Assembly (NCBI GenBank): GCA_964016885.1
Contig: OZ024740.1
Location: forward strand, 15,128,001 to 15,192,000
Source of the DNA: Eledone cirrhosa
Taxonomy: Eukaryota
DNA: 64,000 nucleotides
Reading direction: 5' to 3'
The position numbers and the translations under genes were made by a program. The notes under the pieces are model-generated. The model did not search any database. It had not been told where the DNA came from and saw only the letters and a program-made list of their open reading frames with translations. Each line of letters opens with the position of its first letter. Positions within the stretch are counted from its first letter, which is position 1. This document shows, piece after piece, positions 57,901 through 64,000 of this stretch.

Positions 57901-60900
57901 AATAAACAGAGGTGTGAAATATAGGATGTTTTAAACACCTTCATGGTTATATTTCCCACTAAACAGAGGTGTGAAATATAGGATGTTTTAAACACCTTCA
58001 TGGTTATATTTCCCACTAAACAGAGGTGTGAAATATAGAATGTTTTAAATACCTTCATGATTATATTTCCCAATAAACAGAGGTGTGAAATATAGGATGT
58101 TTTAAACACCTTCATGGTTATATTTCCCACTAAACAGAGGTGTGAAATATAGGATGTTTTACACACCTTCATGGCTATATTTCCCACTAAACAGAGGTGT
58201 GAAATATAGGATGTTTTAAACACCTTCATGGTTATATTTCCCACTAAACAGAGGTGTGAAATATAGGATGTTTTAAACACCTTCATGGTTATATTTCCCA
58301 CTAAACAGAGGTGTGCAATATAGGATGTTTTAAACAGCTTCATGATTATATTTCCCACTAAACAGAGGTGTGAAATATAGGATGTTGTAAACACCTTCAT
58401 GGTTATATTTCCCACTACACAGAGGTGTGAAATATAGGATTTTGTAAACACCTTCATGATTATATTTCCCACTAAACAGAGGTGTGAAATATAGAATGTT
58501 TTAAATACATTCATGGTTATATTTCCCAATAAACAGAGGTGGGAAATATAGGATGTTTTAAACACCTTCATGGTTATATTTCCCACTAAACAGAGGTGTG
58601 AAATATAGGATGTTTTAAACACCTTCATGGTTATATTTCCCACTAAACAGAGGTGTGAAATATAGGATGTTTTAAACACCTTCATGGTTATATTTCCCAC
58701 TAAACAGAGGTGTGAAATATAGGATGTTTTAAACACCTCCATGGTTATATTTCCCACTAAACTGAGGTGTGAAATATCGGATGTTTTAAACACCTTCATG
58801 GTTAAATTTCCCACTAAACAGAAGTGTGAAATATAGGATGTTTTAAACACCTTCATGGCTATATTTCCCACTAAACAGAGGTGTGAAATATAGGATGTTT
58901 TAAACCCCTTCATGCTTATATTTCACACTAAACAGAGGTGTGGAATATAGGATGTTTAAAACACCTTCATGGTTATATTTCCCACTAAACAGAGGTGTGA
59001 AATATAGAATGTTTTAAATACCTTCATGGTTATATTTCCCAATAAACAGAGGTGTGAAATATAGGATGTTTTAAACACCTTCATGGTTATATTTCCCACT
59101 AAACAGAGGTGTGAAATATAGGATGTTTTAAACACCTTCATGGTTATATTTCCCACTAAACAGAGGTGTGAAATATAGGATGTTGTAAACACCTTCATGG
59201 TTACATTTCCCACTAAACAGAGGTGTGAAATATAGGATGTTTAAAACACCTTCATGGTTATATTTCCTACTAAACAGAGGTGTGAAATATAGGATGTTTT
59301 AACACCTTCATGGTTATATTTCACACTAAACAGAGGTGTGAAATATAGGATGTTTTACACACCTTCATGGTTATATTTCCCACTAAACTGAGGTTGTGAA
59401 ATATAGGATGTTTTAAACAACTTCATGTTTATGTTTCCCACTAAACAGAGGTGTGAAATATAGGATGTTTTAAACACCTTCATGATCATATTTCCAACTA
59501 AACAGAGGTGTGAAATATAGGATGTTGTAAACACTTTCATGGTTATATTTCCCACTACACAGAGGTGTGAAATATAGGGTGTTGTAAACACCTTCATGAT
59601 TATATTTCCCACTAAACAGAGGTGTGAAATATAGAATGTTTTAAATACATTCATGGTTATATTTCCCAATAAACAGAGGTGTGAAATATAGGATGTTTTA
59701 AACACCTTCATGGTTATATTTCCCACTAAACAGAGGTGTGAAATATAGGATGTTTTAAACACCTTCATGGCTATATTTCCCACTAAACAGAGGTGTGAAA
59801 TATAGGATGTTTTAAACACCTTCATGGTTATATTTCCCACTAAACAGAGGTGTGAAATATAGGATGTTTTAAACCCCTTCATGGTTATATTTCCCACTAA
59901 ACAGAGGTGTGCAATATAGGATGTTTTAAACAGCTTCATGATTATATTTCCCACTAAACAGAGGTGTGAAATATAGGATGTTGTAAACACCTTCATGGTT
60001 ATATTTCCCACTACACAGAGGTGTGAAATATAGGATTTTGTAAACACCTTCATGATTATATTTCCCACTAAACAGAGGTGTGAAATATAGAATGTTTTAA
60101 ATACATTCATGGTTATATTTCCCAATAAACAGAGGTGGGAAATATAGGATGTTTTAAACACATTCATGGTTATATTTCCCACTAAACAGAGGTGTGAAAT
60201 ATAGGATGTTTTAAACACCTTCATGGTTATATTTCCCACTAAACAGAGGTGTGAAATATAGAATGTTTTAAACACCTTCATGGTTATATTTCCCACTAAA
60301 CAGAGGTGTGAAATATAGGATGTTTTAAACACCTCCATGGTTATATTTCCCACTAAACTGAGGTGTGAAATATCGGATGTTTTAAACACCTTCATGGTTA
60401 AATTTCCCACTAAACAGAAGTGTGAAATATAGGATGTTTTAAACACCTTCATGGCTATATTTCCCACTAAACAGAGGTGTGAAATATAGGATGTTTTAAA
60501 CCCCTTCATGCTTATATTTCACACTAAACAGAGGTGTGAAATATAGGATGTTTAAAACACCTTCATGGTTATATTTCCTACTAAACAGAGGTGTGAAATA
60601 TAGGATGTTTTAACACCTTCATGGTTATATTTCACACTAAACAGAGGTGTGAAATATAGGGTGTTGTAAACACCTTCATGATTATATTTCCCACTAAACA
60701 GAGGTGTGAAATATAGAATGTTTTAAATACATTCATGGTTATATTTCCCAATAAACAGAGGTGTGAAATATAGGATGTTGTAAACACCTTCATGGTTATA
60801 TTTCCCACTACACAGAGGTGTGAAATATAGGATTTTGTAAACACCTTCATGATTATATTTCCCACTAAACAGAGGTGTGAAATATAGAATGTTTTAAATA

Positions 60901-63900
60901 CATTCATGGTTATATTTCCCAATAAACAGAGGTGGGAAATATAGGATGTTTTAAACACCTTCATGGTTATATTTCCCACTAAACAGAGGTGTGAAATATA
61001 GGATGTTTTAAACACCTTCATGGTTATATTTCCCACTAAACAGAGGTGTGAAATATAGGATGTTTTAAACACCTTCATGGTTATATTTCCCACTAAACAG
61101 AGGTGTGAAATATAGGATGTTTTAAACACCTCCATGGTTATATTTCCCACTAAACTGAGGTGTGAAATATCGGATGTTTTAAACACCTTCATGGTTAAAT
61201 TTCCCACTAAACAGAAGTGTGAAATATAGGATGTTTTAAACACCTTCATGGCTATATTTCCCACTAAACAGAGGTGTGAAATATAGGATGTTTTAAACCC
61301 CTTCATGCTTATATTTCACACTAAACAGAGGTGTGGAATATAGGATGTTTAAAACACCTTCATGGTTATATTTCCCACTAAACAGAGGTGTGAAATATAG
61401 AATGTTTTAAATACCTTCATGACTATATTTCCCAATAAACAGAGGTGTGAAATATAGGATGTTTTAAACACCTTCATGGTTATATTTCCCACTAAACAGA
61501 GGTGTGAAATATAGGATGTTTTAAACACCTTCATGGTTATATTTCCCACTAAACAGAGGTGTGAAATATAGAATGTTTTAAATACCTTCATGATTATATT
61601 TCCCAATAAACAGAGGTGTGAAATATAGGATGTTTTAAACACCTTCATGGTTATATTTCCCACTAAACAGAGGTGTGAAATATAGGATGTTTTAAACACC
61701 TTCATGGCTATATTTCCCACTAAACAGAGGTGTGAAATATAGGATGTTTTAAACACCTTCATGGTTATATTTCCCACTAAACAGAGGTGTGAAATATAGG
61801 ATGTTTTAAACCCCTTCATGGTTATATTTCCCACTAAACAGAGGTGTGCAATATAGGATGTTTTAAACAGCTTCATGATTATATTTCCCACTAAACAGAG
61901 GTGTGAAATATAGGATGTTGTAAACACCTTCATGGTTATATTTCCCACTACACAGAGGTGTGAAATATAGGATTTTGTAAACACCTTCATGATTATATTT
62001 CCCACTAAACAGAGGTGTGAAATATAGAATGTTTTAAATACATTCATGGTTATATTTCCCAATAAACAGAGGTGGGAAATATAGGATGTTTTAAACACCT
62101 TCATGGTTATATTTCCCACTAAACAGAGGTGTGAAATATAGGATGTTTTAAACACCTCCATGGTTATATTTCCCACTAAACTGAGGTGTGAAATATCGGA
62201 TGTTTTAAACACCTTCATGATTATATTTCCCAATAAACAGAGGTGTGAAATATAGGATGTTTTAAACACCTTCATGGTTATATTTCCCACTAAACAGAGG
62301 TGTGAAATATAGGATGTTTTAAACACCTTCATGGCTATATTTCCCACTAAACAGAGGTGTGAAATATAGGATGTTTTAAACACCTTCATGGCTATCTTTC
62401 CCACTAAACAGAGGTGTGAAATATAGAATGTTTTAAATACATTCATGGTTATATTTCCCAATAAACAGAGGTGGGAAATATAGGATGTTTTAAACACCTT
62501 CATGGTTATATTTCCCACTAAACAGAGGTGTGAAATATAGGATGTTTTAAACACCTCCATGGTTATATTTCCCACTAAACTGAGGTGTGAAATATCGGAT
62601 GTTTTAAACACCTTCATGGTTAAATTTCCCACTAAACAGAAGTGTGAAATATAGGATGTTTTAAACACCTTCATGGCTATATTTCCCACTAAACAGAGGT
62701 GTGAAATATAGGATGTTTTAAACCCCTTCATGCTTATATTTCACACTAAACAGAGGTGTGGAATATAGGATGTTTAAAACACCTTCATGGTTATATTTCC
62801 CACTAAACAGAGGTGTGAAATATAGAATGTTTTAAATACCTTCATGATTATATTTCCCAATAAACAGAGGTGTGAAATATAGGATGTTTTAAACACCTTC
62901 ATGGTTATATTTCCCACTAAACAGAGGTGTGAAATATAGGATGTTTTAAACACCTTCATGGTTATATTTCCCACTAAACAGAGGTGTGAAATATAGAATG
63001 TTTTAAATACCTTCATGATTATATTTCCCAATAAACAGAGGTGTGAAATATAGGATGTTTTAAACACCTTCATGGTTATATTTCCCACTAAACAGAGGTG
63101 TGAAATATAGGATGTTTTACACACCTTCATGGCTATATTTCCCACTAAACAGAGGTGTGAAATATAGGATGTTTTAAACACCTTCATGGTTATATTTCCC
63201 ACTAAACAGAGGTGTGAAATATAGGATGTTTTAAACACCTTCATGGTTATATTTCCCACTAAACAGAGGTGTGCAATATAGGATGTTTTAAACAGCTTCA
63301 TGATTATATTTCCCACTAAACAGAGGTGTGAAATATAGGATGTTGTAAACACCTTCATGGTTATATTTCCCACTACACAGAGGTGTGAAATATAGGATTT
63401 TGTAAACACCTTCATGATTATATTTCCCACTAAACAGAGGTGTGAAATATAGAATGTTTTAAATACATTCATGGTTATATTTCCCAATAAACAGAGGTGG
63501 GAAATATAGGATGTTTTAAACACCTTCATGGTTATATTTCCCACTAAACAGAGGTGTGAAATATAGGATGTTTTAAACACCTTCATGGTTATATTTCCCA
63601 CTAAACAGAGGTGTGAAATATAGGATGTTTTAAACACCTTCATGGTTATATTTCCCACTAAACAGAGGTGTGAAATATAGGATGTTTTAAACACCTCCAT
63701 GGTTATATTTCCCACTAAACTGAGGTGTGAAATATCGGATGTTTTAAACACCTTCATGGTTAAATTTCCCACTAAACAGAAGTGTGAAATATAGGATGTT
63801 TTAAACACCTTCATGGCTATATTTCCCACTAAACAGAGGTGTGAAATATAGGATGTTTTAAACCCCTTCATGCTTATATTTCACACTAAACAGAGGTGTG

Positions 63901-64000
63901 GAATATAGGATGTTTAAAACACCTTCATGGTTATATTTCCCACTAAACAGAGGTGTGAAATATAGAATGTTTTAAATACCTTCATGGTTATATTTCCCAA
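52000..64000. repeat. Young higher-order repeat region with three copies of a core block of about 2.7 kb or more (offsets 3876 and 4958 bp)
   Basis: ORF pairs 52515/56391, 53940/57816, 55080/58956 and 55479/59355 are offset by 3876 (68 x 57). Pairs 56391/61349 and 57816/62774 are offset by 4958. The private variant ggctatcttt occurs at about 53560, 57436 and 62394. Confidence 0.92.

Larger units (their letters stand above)
1..64000. repeat. 57-bp monomer tandem satellite DNA array, about 1,120 head-to-tail copies, extending beyond both window edges
   Basis: Seen directly: the unit AACACCTTCATGGTTATATTTCCCACTAAACAGAGGTGTGAAATATAGGATGTTTTA recurs every 57 nt (for example starting at 61, 118 and 175), typically with 0-4 substitutions and occasional 1-2 bp indels per copy. 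The ORF track shows the same 19-aa periodicity throughout. No strand switch or foreign insertion was seen. Confidence 0.99.

Noticed and set aside
708-63871. About 100 minus-strand ORFs as real CDSs or one giant repeat-protein gene
   Set aside because: All are translations of the same 57-bp unit with no unique N- or C-terminal domain. They end at recurrent variants (GGA>TGA, AAA>TAA) or 1-bp indels that were themselves amplified, and variation is not biased to synonymous sites.
708-63871. TGA recoding (selenocysteine or genetic code 4) or programmed frameshifting joining the ORFs
   Set aside because: TAA stops and numerous +1, -1 and -2 indels also interrupt the frame. The TGA is explained by a simple C>A variant in the DNA stem.
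1-64000. CRISPR array (palindromic repeat with regular period)
   Set aside because: There are no unique spacers: the entire 57 bp is repeated. No leader or cas genes are present.
1-64000. Variant cassette library for antigenic variation or a diversity-generating system
   Set aside because: No expression locus, recombinase or reverse transcriptase is present. The variant patterns are explained by nested duplications of a satellite.
1-64000. Rho-independent terminators, tRNA or other structured RNA genes from the hairpin
   Set aside because: The stem is AT-rich with no adjacent U-tract or gene context, and there are no cloverleaf or polymerase III box features.
1-64000. Telomeric repeat, or a purely artefactual or synthetic concatemer
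   Set aside because: There is no short G-rich telomere unit. Hierarchically shared variants and positional strata indicate an evolved array, although individual duplications still need read-level validation.

Overview
The whole 64 kb window is one uninterrupted, single-orientation tandem array (satellite DNA) of a 57-bp AT-rich monomer. The consensus read by eye is AACACCTTCATGGTTATATTTCCCACTAAACAGAGGTGTGAAATATAGGATGTTTTA (19/57 = 33% GC, no CpG), giving about 1,120 copies (64000/57). Both array ends lie outside the window. I see no unique sequence, transposon, RNA gene, CRISPR spacer or credible protein-coding gene. The many minus-strand ORFs arise because 57 bp equals 19 codons and one of six frames of the consensus lacks a stop; recurrent stops and frameshifts break them. 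The real structure is at two scales. (1) The monomer is an imperfect palindrome with a 12-bp stem and 9-nt loop, plus a second dyad around TTTTAAA. It carries T-box-like, CSL-like and Forkhead-like motifs. (2) Diagnostic variants reveal nested, recent multi-kb duplications (offsets 8427, 6205, 3758, 2679, 3762, 3876 and 4958 bp) and a left-to-right turnover of variant cassettes. This most resembles eukaryotic heterochromatic or (peri)centromeric satellite from a long-read assembly (inference). I do not recognise the family or organism. I found no evidence for a new gene-based system; the findings are hypotheses about satellite structure and evolution. Block boundaries are approximate to about one monomer.
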